The notes under the pieces are model-generated. The model was not told the DNA's origin and made no database searches. It saw only the letters and a list, made by a program, of their open reading frames with translations. The translations under genes were made by a program, and so were the position numbers. DNA of 64,000 nucleotides from Octopus sinensis (lineage: Eukaryota), in NCBI RefSeq assembly GCF_006345805.1, contig NC_043005.1, positions 20,646,001 to 20,710,000 on the forward strand, in the 5' to 3' direction. Positions within the stretch are counted from its first letter, which is position 1; the number at the start of each line of letters is the position of its first letter. Of the stretch, positions 12,545 to 25,376 are shown piece by piece.

Positions 12545-15473
12545 TAAACAATTCACATTGAAAAAAATTTTTTTTTTATCACAAGAAAATAAATAATTTA
12601 CACGGATGACATTGAAAAATTTTTCACATGGAGAAATTAAAAACTTGACAGAAGAGTAACAAACATTTTTGTATATATTTTACAAAAAATCCATAAAATT
12701 ATGGAAAACTTGTTAGAAAGTTTAGTTGAGTTGCAAAAACAGCAAAATCCTATCCTGGTTGTAACAAGAACAACAACAAATGTTACAGCAACTAATGAAG
12801 TTGATAAAAGAACCGAAAAATACGTTTTCACCAGACCATGAAGCGGAGTCAATAAATGAATTTAAATATGTCCTGGAAGAAGGAATCACTTTCGAGACAT
12901 ATTACCACAGATTTGAATGAACCAATTTTCAAAAGAGAATGCCAGGACTGGATTAAATGACTGTACAGTAAAAGCTGTTTTGTTTGGCAGATTTCAGTCA
13001 ATTCTCTTTTTATTTTATATATAATATATATATATATATACACACAATTACATGTAAGTACATCAGGAGTAATTTCCCTTGGTCAATGAAAAACTTGAAA
13101 CATATATAGTGGAATGTTATGTCTAGTTTTTGGGCTAGAAGTCTATCCGTCAAGAAGTGACAGGAATCATATTGCTAATCTAGTCCATTGAATCTACACT
13201 AGAGAAAGAGGTTTATGACTTAAGGCCATTATTGAGAAGTATAACGTCCTTTATCATTAGTGCAAGAACGTCAAAATACAAGGCGTGTGAGTTTGAGTTG
13301 ACACAGCTTCCAGGTGTGCTCTCCACTAACTAAAATCAGAAAAAATCCCAGCTTTTATAAGTTCACATGGAAGTTTCTAGAAACGTTCCAAAATATCACA
13401 TAGAATAATTCTGGCTAAAACATAGAGTGATTTTAGCTGAAATTATTTCATCAAAAGGGAGATCTTGTTTTAAATTAGTTTAGTTTTCATTACCTAGAGC
13501 TGTGAAACAAAATACCTTTTGCTACAACTGTTTACTTGAACACAACTGTCCATTACCAATGAGTGTCAAATTGTTACAAGTATTTTTAGGCTTGGTAAAC
13601 TACTATCAAGTATATATCCTGAACATACACAACATAAAGGCTCCACTAAACGAGCTGTTAAAAAAGAATATCAAATGGTTTTGGTCAGAAAAAGTCACAA
13701 GGCATTTGAGGAACTAAAAGGTGTGTTAACTTCAGACTTGAGGAACTAAAAAATATGTTATCTTGAGACTTATTGCTTAATCACTTTGATTCAAAGTTGG
13801 AAATGGAAATGATACTGGCAACAGATGCTATTACCAGTGGAAAAAAATTATAGCCAAACTGAAAAAGAGGCATTGGCGATTATATTTTGCATAAAAAGTT
13901 CCACAGGTTTATACATGGTAGACGGTTTAGATTACAGACTATTGCCCATTGCTAATGATTTATGGATCCAAGAAATGTATCCCAGTACATACAGCAAACA
14001 AGTTGCAACGATGGAGCCCCATACTACTAAACTATGATTACATAATGGAATATTTAACTTCGAAAAAGCTAGAACATGCTGATGGCCTATCCAGGTTAAT
14101 ACCCAGAAATGGCAAACCATTCAAGGACACATTAATAGCAGCCCTAAGAGCCGAAGGGGAAATTAAACATGTAATGTGGTACTTTGTACAAGAGTTACCA
14201 ATAAATCTGGAGGAGATAAAGTGACATGTGTCAAAAGGCAAGTTCATTAATGAAATGCAAAAAATTCTGTGGTCAGCGAAAGAAAACAAAAAAATGTTCA
14301 GTAAGAAGAAAACAACAAGATGTAAACATATATTCAACATGCAATGGCGTACTGATGTATGACCAAAGGGTAGTGATACCTGAGACTCTACAAAGAAGAA
14401 TATTGAAAGAATTCCATATTCAGCATTTGGGCATTGCAAGTATGAAAGCACTTACATGCAGTTATGTATTGGTCGAAGATGGACAAGAAAGTAGAAAACG
14501 TAGTAAAAGGCTGCAGCGAAATTGCCTACTCAAAGATGGATACCTTGGCCAGAAGTAAAAAGTCCATAGACAAGACTACATATTGATTTTGCAGGTCTGT
14601 TAAATGGTTATTACTACTTAGTAGTAGTTGACAATTTTACAAAATGGCTAGAAATTGTTAAGTGCAAAACACCAACCTCTGCAACGGTAATAAATTTTTT
14701 GCATGAATCATTCCCAAGATTTGGCATCCCATATGTGATTGTATATGATAATAGAGCACAATTTTTGTCCAGTGAAATTAGGAAAATTCTGCGAAATGTT
14801 CACAGTACAATATAAAATGATAGCGCCTTACTATCCCACATCAAATGTACAGACAGATCATTTTATGGACATTTTTAAAAGAGCTTTGAGAAAAGCAAAC
14901 AAGGAAGCTAGAGACAAAGTCACTCTGCAGCAATTCCTAAGGGTATGCAGGATGACACCGAAACCCAATACATCAGCAGAAAGCTTGCCAGCTGAACTGA
15001 AGTTTGAGAAAGGTGAAATCAAGTTTTGATAAAGTATTCCCTGGCAAGGAAAAAGAAAGTACCAGGAAAGACCAACCAAAAATTTTCAAAATTGGTGATA
15101 AGGTATACTTGAGGTTTTACAAAAACAGAAAACAATCCTGGGAAGAAGGAAAAATTACAAAGCATATAGGAAAAGTGATGTACAGAAATAAAAGCAGAAA
15201 AGGTATTGAGAAAAAATGCAGAAACCAGTTGAAGAAGAGCTTCATAGAAAATGAACCAGACAAATTGGAAGACCCTATGGAATGGCTGTAAGACACATTC
15301 TAGGTACCAAATCCATTACAGATGGTTGAACCCATGTGTACAAGCGGAAGAAAAAGGTAGAACACAGAGTTCCTACAAAGAGACGCCAAAAAGAAAAAAA
15401 AATAGGGAGGAAGGGTGAATAAAGTAAAATTACTTGCTTTCCCCCCAAAATTAAAAAAAAATAAAAGGGGACA

Positions 15474-15809
15474 TGTTGTAGTGAAAATGGTACACCCTTT
15501 CCTACATAACAAAGTGGTATGATTCAGCCACTATAAAGTCAGACAGTCACTCATTGTAAGGGGTCAGTAGTAGTAGACTCATTCTATGAGTTATCAGTTG
15601 GAGTCAGTGTCAGTTACATGATATATATACGAGTTTGAGTTACTGTCAAGGTAGATATTTCAAAGTCATTGTCTTGTGGAGCTATCAGCAATAGCATGAT
15701 AGATGAGTCAAAGATAATAAGATGCAAAATATCGCCACAACATAATAGTGACAAGAATATTACAGTGCCAACAACACAATACAAGTGGACGAGGATCTAC
15801 ATTATAACA
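15474..15809 (+). repeat. 3' LTR (336 bp)
   Basis: tgttgtagtgaaaatgg...ctacattataaca, preceded by a purine tract. Confidence 0.88.
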
Positions 15810-16048
15810 CTTACTTGACTTTTCCGACTCATTCTTTGTGTAATCATCCAAAATATTGTACAATATAATGCTCTTAGCCCTTCTTTACTAAAAGGTTAGC
15901 CCTTCTTTGGCCAATAAATTATGATATCAGCCAAATGTAGAGACCAAATTAATTCATTCCTACCTCAAAGTTTTGATCTAGTTTCTATGTTGGGAACTAA
16001 TTGTATTGTCATTATTTTTCATTGACTTAAATTTTACTTTAACTTTAG

Positions 16049-16288
16049 ATATTCAGATCCATTTTATGAAAGTAAAAGATGCAGTTTTGGATGTATCTGG
16101 GAAAACATTATGGAGTAAGAAACCTGTAACAGCAGATGCCTGTGCAAAACAATGTTTATCTGACAAAGATTGTTTATCATTTGAACTAAATAAAAAAAGT
16201 GGACTCTGTTACTTATCAAAGCAAACTGCTGCTTCCTCCAAGAAAATAAAATCAGACAAAAGCAGTGATTACTACCAACGAATAAAAC
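16049..16288 (+). CDS. Exon A2, PAN type A (240 nt)
   Basis: actttAG|AT ATT CAG...ATA AAA C|GTaatt; IQIHFMKVKDAVLDVSGKTLWSKKPVTADACAKQCLSDKDCLSFELNKKSGLCYLSK...YYQRIK. Confidence 0.9.
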
Positions 16289-17539
16289 GTAATTATTCTT
16301 TGTATTTATTATTCAAATTCTCTTTTCCTGAAATTTGTAATCAACAGATATACCTGTAATAATAGACATGTAATAATAGTATTAAGAACCTGAAGTACTT
16401 TTAAGGTATTCTTATACAGCATTTCTTTAGCTTGAATACTTTTATATGTGCTTTCACTTGTTTTCTTTTTATATAAGAAAAGAAGCCCTTGTTACTTTTA
16501 CAAAACCTGAATAGTTGTATTAGTTGTCGTCATAGTTGTAGTAGCAGCAGCAGCAACAGGAGTAGTCACAACTGCTTTCACTTCATTTATTTATGTTTTG
16601 CATGCCTTAGATGGTGTATTATGGCACAGATTGTCACCATTGGTTACTGTCCTTCATGATCTGATACACCAAATAACACAAAATGTAATGTCAATCTACA
16701 TAATTGTAATTTCCTATATTTTGGTATGGTTATTATGGCAGGAGGCCCTTTATATCACCACTCATTACATGACATGAAGATAGTACATTTTCTCATGCTA
16801 CTAGAATCAGAGAAGTTGTCTGCTGAGGCTTAAGAATCCTCTCTGCTTGAAATAAGTTTCTATTCAGAGGAGTTCCATGGAGTTACAAACAAAACAACCA
16901 CAAACTTTACTCCGTTTGATTTCAAAGATTTTGTCCTTTCCTGCTGAAATTCTTTCTTCTTGAAACCCTGGCAGCAAATTCTGGCTGTCAAGGTCTTTCT
17001 GAAAGCATTCCTGTTAACAGCTTCCATACTAATGGTAAGCAAGTGATTGGTCTATAATAGCAAGCTGTATTACCCTTGCTTTTATCTTTCATAAGGAGTA
17101 CTGTTGTCCCTCTAGTTATCCCATCTAGTATTGTTCCTCCATTAAGACAATCCTGAAGTTGCTCCCTTAGCCTCCCATGTAAGCCACTAAATTTCTTTAA
17201 CTAATACCCTTGAACTGGATCTGGTCCTGGGACCCTCTAATTCAGTATTTTCCTTAGTACTTACTCATTAATGCATTAGTCATTCTTATAGCTGACTGCT
17301 TCTCACTGACTATTTCTTTCCTCACTGCATCTCCTTTATGATTGACTGGCTTATCCCAAATATTACTCCAGAATTTTCTATCTTCTACATTAGGTTTCTC
17401 CTCTTCAGTACTTCTCCACTATTTATTTGGTTATAAAATCTTCTCTGATCTGTCTCAAATAATCTGTCCTGTTGGTACTAATCTACTCTTGTCTGATATC
17501 TGGAAAGCTTACCTGCTATTAATTATTAATATTATTGAG

Positions 17540-18090
17540 TGAGAAAGTAGTGCATGCCGTCAAAGTGACACTGGAGTAAAATATACGAAGCCCAGTATAC
17601 CCATCATTACTACCTGTCTGATAAGGGTACACCAGGAATATGCATCACAACCATATGTGCGCGACATGGTGATCTCATATCAAGATAAACAGCGCATGAC
17701 TTGCAGGTGGGGCCCAGTTAGAATTTTCTTCTGGCCGAGTAGCCCATCCCATTCAAAAGTTTCCTGAATAAGGGTTGTTTAGGGATGTTGAATGAAATAT
17801 CCATGTTTTCAAGGGTGAATTATTCAAACCCCAAAGAATCCCTCTCAACACATGGCTATGATGTTCCCCCACTACTTCTGTTCATGATCAGAGATGCACA
17901 TATCGTCAGCCACTAAGGGACATGCTCAACTGGTCATGGTCAAATAACTGACAAGCAAATTTGTGGTATTGAGCAGAATATTTGCTGTAGCACATCTTTT
18001 ATAGCAAGACAAAACAATGCACATGATAACACTTTCAATCAGTTACGATCAGAAGCCATAAGAGCCACTGCCTGGTACTGCATCAGGGCA
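17540..18090. mobile_element. Unclassified putative interspersed repeat ending in an (ATT)n tract
   Basis: GC-richer island with abrupt edges, ending in aattattatt; no coding motif recognised; single copy in the window. Confidence 0.35.
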
Positions 18091-18133
18091 ATTATTATTA
18101 TTATTAATATTTTTCTTCTTCTTCTTCTTCTTC

Positions 18134-18171
<38 letters not shown>

Positions 18172-18174
<3 letters not shown>

Positions 18175-19665
18175 TAGTTTTATTTTTATAGAATGCTTTT
18201 ACTTCACTACTGAGCGCAGCACTGTGTGCCTTGGGTATGTGCTGTGGTTTGTTTTGATGCTCTGATGGTTACTGTATTGAAAGTGTTTTGCGTAGGATAT
18301 GTGCAGTGCCCAGTAGTGCAATTTTCTGTATGTTATATATAGTTGTAAGTCCTGGTGTTTTTGTTATGTATTGTTTGAATATTTTTTCATCACACCTAAT
18401 GCTCCTACTATGATAGGAATTGTTTCTGTTTTTAAGATTCCACACTCGAGTTACCTCTATTTCCAGGTCTTTATATTTAAGGATATTGTAGCTGTAACTT
18501 ATAACTGGGATGGCTGGAGTGTTGATACCTCTTATCTTGTTTTACATTGAGATCTGTTTTCAGTATTAATCTAACTCATCTATAGTATTCCTTTTTTCAT
18601 CATCTCTTTCATTAATTTCTGTTATTGTATCTAGTTCATTGATTCCTAAGTATTTGTATGTTGGGTTTTGGTCTAATTCTCTTATTTCATTTGCTAATTT
18701 TCTGACCTATTATTTTTGTTATTTTTTAATAAGTTTTTTTTTTAACTTTTGCAATCTTGCATGCATACAGGACTTGCTGCCTGTAGCCTATAGTATCATG
18801 ATATCTATTCTTTTCAACAACTTAATACTTTCCTGATTATTCTGGCTGTGCCAAGGAAGTGAACCTTTTGTAACAGTTCTACTGGGCACTCTATTCCAAT
18901 TTCTTTTATATCCCTCGTAATGCCTTCTGATACTGTCCCCAAAGACCCAACAATAATTGGCACTATCTTTACTTTCTTCGATGTCCATAGCTGGGCTATT
19001 TTGTACTTAAGAGGATTATAAATATTTATTTTTTTGCCTTCCATTTTGACTATTCATATGTCAAACGGGCGCATAACATCCGTTATATAGCACATTTGGT
19101 GCGGCTTGTCCACCACCACTAAGTCCAATTTTTTATGCTCTAGCACCTGATATGTTTGAATTGGGAAATCCCACAAGATTTTGCAGGCCATTGACTCCGC
19201 TACTCTCTGTGGTTTGTGCATGTACCACATCTTGCCTTTCTCTAAACCCCACTTTTGACAGTTTCCAGTGCAGTACTTTTGTTACCTCATTGTGTCACCT
19301 CAAGATGTAATGATTTGGGGCAAGTCTAGGGCATTCATTCATAATATGGGAAGTGGTTTCATTCACTATGTTACAGATGTGACATAGTGGTGACGTTTGC
19401 TTATTTCTAAGGCTGACCATCCAGTTTGTGGCCAAAGCTTGGTGTCGCACTGCCATATGGTGTTTCTTAAGTCAGTCCCACTTATGTTTCTCAGTAACTT
19501 CATTTGTGGCTATATGAAATTGATTGTTGCATAATGCTTTTTCATGTCCTTTTTGTACTCCTTGTTTTATTTTATTTTTTTTCTCTGATTTCAATATGCC
19601 CTTGTCCCTGACACTAGCAAGGCTTCCTTGCTTTGGGATAGGTACTTCAGTAAGCTCTCAAGCTC
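18172..19665 (-). mobile_element. Two abutting R4/Dong-like 3' fragments flanked by (TAA)n
   Basis: GTAHILRKTLS end plus a YKYLGI remnant (18172-18790); VPIIVGSLG..GTARIIRKVLSC end at 18814; (TTA)n at 18135-18170 and 19666-19697. Confidence 0.75.
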
Positions 19666-19666
19666 A

Positions 19667-19697
<31 letters not shown>

Positions 19698-19699
19698 GC

Positions 19700-20048
19700 T
19701 TTTATCTCTTTCATCTTTCACCTGTTTCACTCATTAGACTGTGGCCATGCTGGAGCACTACCTTGAATTTTTAGCTGAATGAATAGATCCTGAAACTTAT
19801 TCTATCAGACTCTTTTGCCAAATTGCTAAATTATGGGGACATAAACACACCAACATTAGTTGTCAAGTGGACGTGGACAAAGACAGACAGACACATGCAC
19901 ACATGTATGACAGTGTTCTTTCTGTTTCCATCTACTGGATCCTCTTGCAAGGCTTTGGTCAATGTCAAGACTATAGTAGAAGACACTTGCCCAAGGTGCC
20001 ATACAGTGGAGGTGAACTTGGAACAATGTGGTTGGGAAGCAAGCTTCT
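19700..20048 (-). mobile_element. Degenerate SINE family 1
   Basis: gactgtggccatgctggagcac tail and gacacttgcccaaggtgcc body in reverse orientation. Confidence 0.7.
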
Positions 20049-20073
20049 TAAATATTTTAAAAATATTAGATAA

Positions 20074-21259
20074 CTAGCAGTAATACCCATCATTGATTGG
20101 GTAATTACATTTACTGTTTCTCGAGCCGAAGAGCTAGAAAAATGGGTATATCATATAGAAGAATACCTTTACAGAATCTAGTTGACTGCAATGGCACTGA
20201 AAAGACTACAGGTTAAGTGGAACATCACTGTTCATATAGAATAAGCATTGCACGTTGTGTTTTTGTTTGGTGTTCATTTTTTTACAGTCTTTTTTTTAGT
20301 AGACAGTTTTGATGAGGAATATCAGTAAGTAATAGTGAAATGAAATTACAAATGCTGTGTCAATGCACAATTAGTGTTGTGCCATTGCATAATTTTTATT
20401 GAGACAAATTAGGCAATTGCATAATAGGAGATATAGAAAAAGCATTGCACGATGTGCGTTTGTTTGGTGTTAATTTTTTGATGGTCTTCTTTCATAGACA
20501 TTTTTTGGATTTGGAATATCAGTTAGTAGTAGTGAAATGAAATTACAAATGCTGTGTCCTGTCAGTGCTAGTGCTGAAATTCCAGTGCTATATTACAGGA
20601 ATGTATGGTAAGGTGACAGTAAATAATAGTCAAATGAAATTACAAATGCTGTGTCCTGTCAGTGCTAGTGCTGAAATTCCAATGCTATATTACAGGAATG
20701 TATGGTAAGGTGACAGTAAATAATAGTCAAATGAAATTACAAATGCTGTGTCCTGTCAGATTTAGGTTTAGTTGTCCTGTATGTGTGTATTATATAAGAG
20801 AAAAACATGTAATAATTGAAGTAGAAAAAAATGGATTTCATATACGAACTTCTGTTTGTTCTTCAAGTAGCACCCCAGTAACTTTTAGTGTTTGGCTCTG
20901 ACTTTTATTAATGCTCATGGCAAAAGATAGTGGGATAGAAACTGTAAGAGCTTAAATCTGAATTGAACATTAGATGGTATAACTGGTATGTGAGGAATGA
21001 AGACAGTGTCATGTTTACCACAACCAGTGAGAATATTTGCATCAATGTAGTTCATCATAGGTTTGTGCTCAATTAGTGTTGCCTCCCTTGAACCGCTTAC
21101 TTTCATTTTATAGGATGTTTACCACAACCAGTGAGAATATTTGCCTCAATGCAGTTTGTCATAGATTTGTGCACAGTAATTGTTGCCTCCCTTGAACCAT
21201 TTATTCTCACTTTATGGAACAAACACAAACAGACAGAATCTCTTTTTTATATATGTAGA
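20074..21259 (-). mobile_element. Non-autonomous Helitron with Pif1-like helicase remnant
   Basis: 5' TC (A|TCTACATATATAAAA); 3' hairpin + CTAG; A^T target without TSD; ORF 20915-21106 ILTGCGKHDTVFIPHIPVIPSNVQFRFKLLQF; empty site present in paralogous introns. Confidence 0.85.
20537..20760. repeat. 97-bp tandem repeat (about 2.3 copies) inside the Helitron
   Basis: atgaaattacaaatgctgtgtcctgtcag at 20537, 20634 and 20731. Confidence 0.9.
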
Positions 21260-21893
21260 TTATTTATGAATACCAGTAATTGAAATTTTGAATAAAATAT
21301 GTGTAAACCATCCAATGTAGTATTGTTTACAAATGGACAATTTATTACAAAAACATGAACCATTCAGAATAATTTGTTCAAGTCACCTCTCTCAGAATTA
21401 ATGTGAATTCTCCTATATCATGAAACATACATGAAAGCTCACCTGAATGTTTTAGTTGTAGATAATCCATTTGTACATGCTGCTTCTGATGATGCACTTG
21501 TGTTTAAGACTAGATGGCCAGAACAACACTTGATGCTTTGGTTGACCATCTGTTTTAAGTAATATCAACTTTACTAAAGCACATCATTAGAGAACTGTAG
21601 AAATGTAAAGCTGAGACAAGGTTTCAAATAAGTCAGAAGATGTTCTACAATTCATATGTATTCTGATTAGTGTATCATATTGTGGAACAATTATTTGCTT
21701 ATAATAAATTGTCCATTTACAAAATTATGCATCAGATGCTTAACAACATCTAATGTTAGAAAATATGTGTGTGATGTGTTTGTATGTCTGTGTGCATGTA
21801 TGCACATGTGTATGACTATGTGTGTGTGCATGTGTGTTTGGCTGGGTGGACGAGTATAAAATGTATTTTTTTGTTCCCTTTTTCTTTTTCCAG

Positions 21894-22127
21894 CCAGTAA
21901 CAAGACTGTTTCATTCAAAAGAGTAGTCACAGATGGGCAGAATAATATCGGACAACTTAAGAAGGTGGAGTTAAAGGATTGTGAACTAGCTTGCCATTTA
22001 TATCAAGGATGTAGATCTTATGGGTACAATGATAAAGCTAAGACGTGTGGTTTGAGTAATATAACTCACTTGACTAGTGAACTTAAGCCCACCTATGAAA
22101 ATTGGGATATTTACTTAATTAACCCAG
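21894..22127 (+). CDS. Exon B2, PAN type B (234 nt; absent from the ORF track)
   Basis: ttccAG|CC AGT...AAC CCA G|GTcagt; SNKTVSFKRVVTDGQNNIGQLKKVELKDCELACHLYQGCRSYGYNDKAKTCGLSNITHLTSELKPTYENWDIYLINPG. Confidence 0.9.
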
Positions 22128-22205
22128 GTCAGTAAAATATTTGTTTTATTTATTGTGTGTATATCCGGTTGTATTTACATATACATATGTGTGTGTGCAC
22201 GTGCT

Positions 22206-22247
<42 letters not shown>

Positions 22248-22261
22248 CTAATATGCTCTGC

Positions 22262-22950
22262 TCTATGTGCAATGTCAGTGTACATGTACAACAGAGTATA
22301 AGTGTCTTGAGAAAAATTAGGCATCAGATGTAGTATGCAAGAGAAACGAATGCACTGGTATGGTCATGTGATGTGTATGGATGAGGATAGCTGTGTAAAA
22401 AAGTGCTGATCTGTAATTGTGGAGAGAATTTGTGGAAGAAGTAGACCCAGGAAGACATGAGACAAGGTGGTGAAGCATGATTTTTGAATGTTGGGTCTCA
22501 TGGAGCTGATGTCAAGTGATCATGACCTTTAGTATTTGCTGAGCTTGAGAAGACTCATCAAGCCAAGTGAAATTGCAGTTGTGGCCACAGTGGCACATAA
22601 CAGCATCTGTGGTGGTGACATGTAAAAGCACCCATGCTGGTGACATGTAGAAGCACCAGTGCCAGTGATATGTAAAAGCACCCATGCCAGTGACATGTAA
22701 AAGGCAGTAACTATACTGTCAGGGTGCTTGGCGTTAGGAAGGGCATCCACCTATAGAAACCAAGCCAAAATAAGACTGGAACCTAGTGCAGCTCTCCAGC
22801 CTACTAGTATGATCCACTGGATGTGCAATGTCAGTGCACATGTACAACAGAGTATAAGCATCTTGAGAGGAAAATTAGGTTTAAACGGCATCAAATGTGG
22901 TGTGCAAGAGAGATGATTGTAATGCGTATAGAAGTGCTGATCTTTCTGGC
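22262..22950 (+). mobile_element. Degenerate RTE LINE 3' fragments
   Basis: Homologous to 45270-45600 and 62740-63060 (..VQER..WYGHV..GRPRKTW..) plus 3'UTR repeat units. Confidence 0.65.
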
Positions 22951-23677
22951 CAGGTAAGCATGTACTTCCTCTGTAGCAAGACACCTGTTTCTGCTTCTCT
23001 GTCTCCCTGTCACACTAACCTTTCATCATCTGACACAAAATCCCTTCCTCCAATACTCCCTCCCTTCTCAAAACTCCTTCTCTTGCAAGTTACTTGATGA
23101 TCCTACCAGTGCTGGAAGAGAGAAGTACTTCTTCCAGTGTCTTCCGAGATTTTACTCTCCTACAAGTTCTAACTACTTTGAGAGATGGGTACTTCTTTAT
23201 GGAGCTGTCAGCATCCATCCAAACACATGACAGAAACCTTTGGTTGCCAGACAGCAGTAAAATCTCTCAAAATTTTATCCATCCCCTCTTATTGTATGTA
23301 TGTCATTATGCAGTTTTATTTCAAGATTTCTTGCTAATAGAGAAAGATCTGGTTTCAAACCTAGATCCAAGGCTCCTTCATTGGAATTTCAACAACATCA
23401 ACAGGGTATTTTTGTATATATATGAGCATATTTGATTGTAAGTAAATATGCATATTTGTATGTTTTGTTTTATGTATGTATACACACACACCCATCCGTC
23501 TGTTCGTCCGTCCGTCCGTCCGTCCGTCTGTCTGTCTGTCTGTCTGTAGGTGTATGCGTACTTCTTCCGTTTGTTCCAGTCAATATATTTTATTTCAAAC
23601 TTGTCATTATCTTCTCATTTTCACTCTCCTCCTAACATATATTCACTGTTGATCTCAAATTTTCTTTTTATTTCTAG

Positions 23678-23848
23678 TCTTCTCAATAGTTGATTGTGGA
23701 CCTCCAAAAGACATTGCTGGTGCATCAAAGTCTTACAATACCACCACCTATAATTCTGAAGTGATCTATACTTGTCCAGGAGGAGAAAAATTAAAATCAG
23801 TATGTAAAGAAGATAATAAATGGATTCCATCTTTATCTGAATGTAAAG
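23678..23848 (+). CDS. Exon S2, Sushi/CCP (171 nt; absent from the ORF track)
   Basis: tttctAG|TC TTC...TGT AAA G|GTaata; FSIVDCGPPKDIAGASKSYNTTTYNSEVIYTCPGGEKLKSVCKEDNKWIPSLSECKG. Confidence 0.88.
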
Positions 23849-24154
23849 GTAATATGAATAGGTTCTCTGTCTTGTTGCCTTTGTATATGTAATTTTGTTT
23901 TTATATTTGTGGTAAGTGTTTTGTCAGAGGAAGAATACTCTGTCCAAGACAATTTGTGTTATGTTTATGACTAGTGGAAGAGAAAGAGGCGGCTATCCTC
24001 ATACCTGAGTCATTCATAAATGCTTGCAAATGCGTAGAGTTCATAAAAACTACTTAAGGGACAGGTAATGGTATTAATCTGGGTGATGGATATAGTCTGC
24101 CTCACAAAAACTGTTATGATTGGTCATTCTTTGACTAGTCATAACAATCAACCA

Positions 24155-24290
24155 GTGACCAAATCCACTCAGAAGGCTCTTGTTGGCCCAGGGCTATAGT
24201 GGGAGACTTGCTCAAGGTCTCATGCATTGGAATTGAACCCAGAACCATGCATTTGAGAAGCAAACTTGTTACCATGCAGCCATGCAAGCA
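24155..24290 (-). mobile_element. SINE family 1 head fragment
   Basis: Diverged reverse match to the tRNA-like head. Confidence 0.55.
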
Positions 24291-25136
24291 AACCTGTTAC
24301 CATTCACTCAATCCATATTTGTTGAAAAAGAACAGCTGTGAAAAAATACTCAAAGTCACTTCCTGCATGGAAAATAAATGGGAAAGTGGCTACTTATTGA
24401 ACAAAGATATTATAATTAATTGAAATTTATTTATAAATTTTACCATTCAGTGAATGGTAAAATAATTATGTTAATGACATGTGCTGGTTATATAATTCAG
24501 AAAAGGTGACACTTTTCTCTTCTCATCTCATTAAAAATATAATTTTGTTGAATTAAGTTGTGAATGTTCACATTTGCTACATACTTATTATCAATTATCT
24601 AAATGAAGATGAAAGTAAAAATATTTTTTTTTTCCTAGGGAAAAGATTCCCAAATCAGTAAAGTGATGTTTCTTGCCATGACTAGACTACTCATATTTAG
24701 TTACATTCTTTTACATTCTGGATTCAAATCCCACCAGGAGATACATCACCTTTCATGCTTCTGAGGTTGATAAAAATGCAATAGTTAAATACTGAGTTTC
24801 ATTCATTTTTGTGCCTCCTCACACTGCAAAATGTGTGACTTTGCTACCAGGAGCAATAATTATAATTATTCTTTTTGAAGGCAGAAGATAGAGAAAATCA
24901 TTTGAGCATCAAGCAAAATGTTTTGTGGTATTTGTTTTGGCTCTTGAACTTCTGGGTTCAAATCTGGCTTTTGACCACTTAATCTTTCCAAGACCAATAA
25001 GTCAAAATGCTGACAGTCAAGAGTAAAATTCTATTGTAATCAGCCAATTCCTACCTCAAAGTTTTGGCTTTCATTTTATGTCATAGAATATTACTGTTAT
25101 TATTTTTTATTGATCTGAATTTTACTTTAATTTCAG

Positions 25137-25376
25137 TCACTGAGATCTATTTTGTCAAAGTAAAAGATGCAATTCTGGATGTGTCTGGGAAAATATTGTG
25201 GCCTAAGAAAAATGTAACAGCAGAAGCCTGTAAAAAAAAATGTCTGTCTGACAAAACTTGTTTATCATTTGAAATGAATAAAGAAAAGAGACAATGTCAC
25301 TTATTGAAGGGAAGTGCAGCTTCTAACAAGAAATTAAAGTCAGCCAAAGACACAGATTACTATCAACGAGTGAAAT
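25137..25376 (+). CDS. Exon A3, PAN type A (240 nt)
   Basis: aatttcAG|TC ACT GAG...GTG AAA T|GTaatt; TEIYFVKVKDAILDVSGKILWPKKNVTAEACKKKCLSDKTCLSFEMNKEKRQCHLLK...YYQRVK. Confidence 0.9.

Larger units (their letters stand above)
12208..15809 (+). mobile_element. Internally deleted, degenerate Ty3/Gypsy LTR retrotransposon
   Basis: Two TG..CA LTRs; near-TSD ctaac/cttac; PBS; PPT (aaaaggggaca) before the 3' LTR; pol remnants FLGLVNYY, YSQTEKEALAIIF, HADGLSRL, LHIDFAG in RT-RH-IN order. Confidence 0.9.

Noticed and set aside
20537-20760. Regularly spaced repeats as a CRISPR-like array (also 63135-63480)
   Set aside because: Contiguous tandem units without unique spacers, inside eukaryotic transposons; no cas genes.
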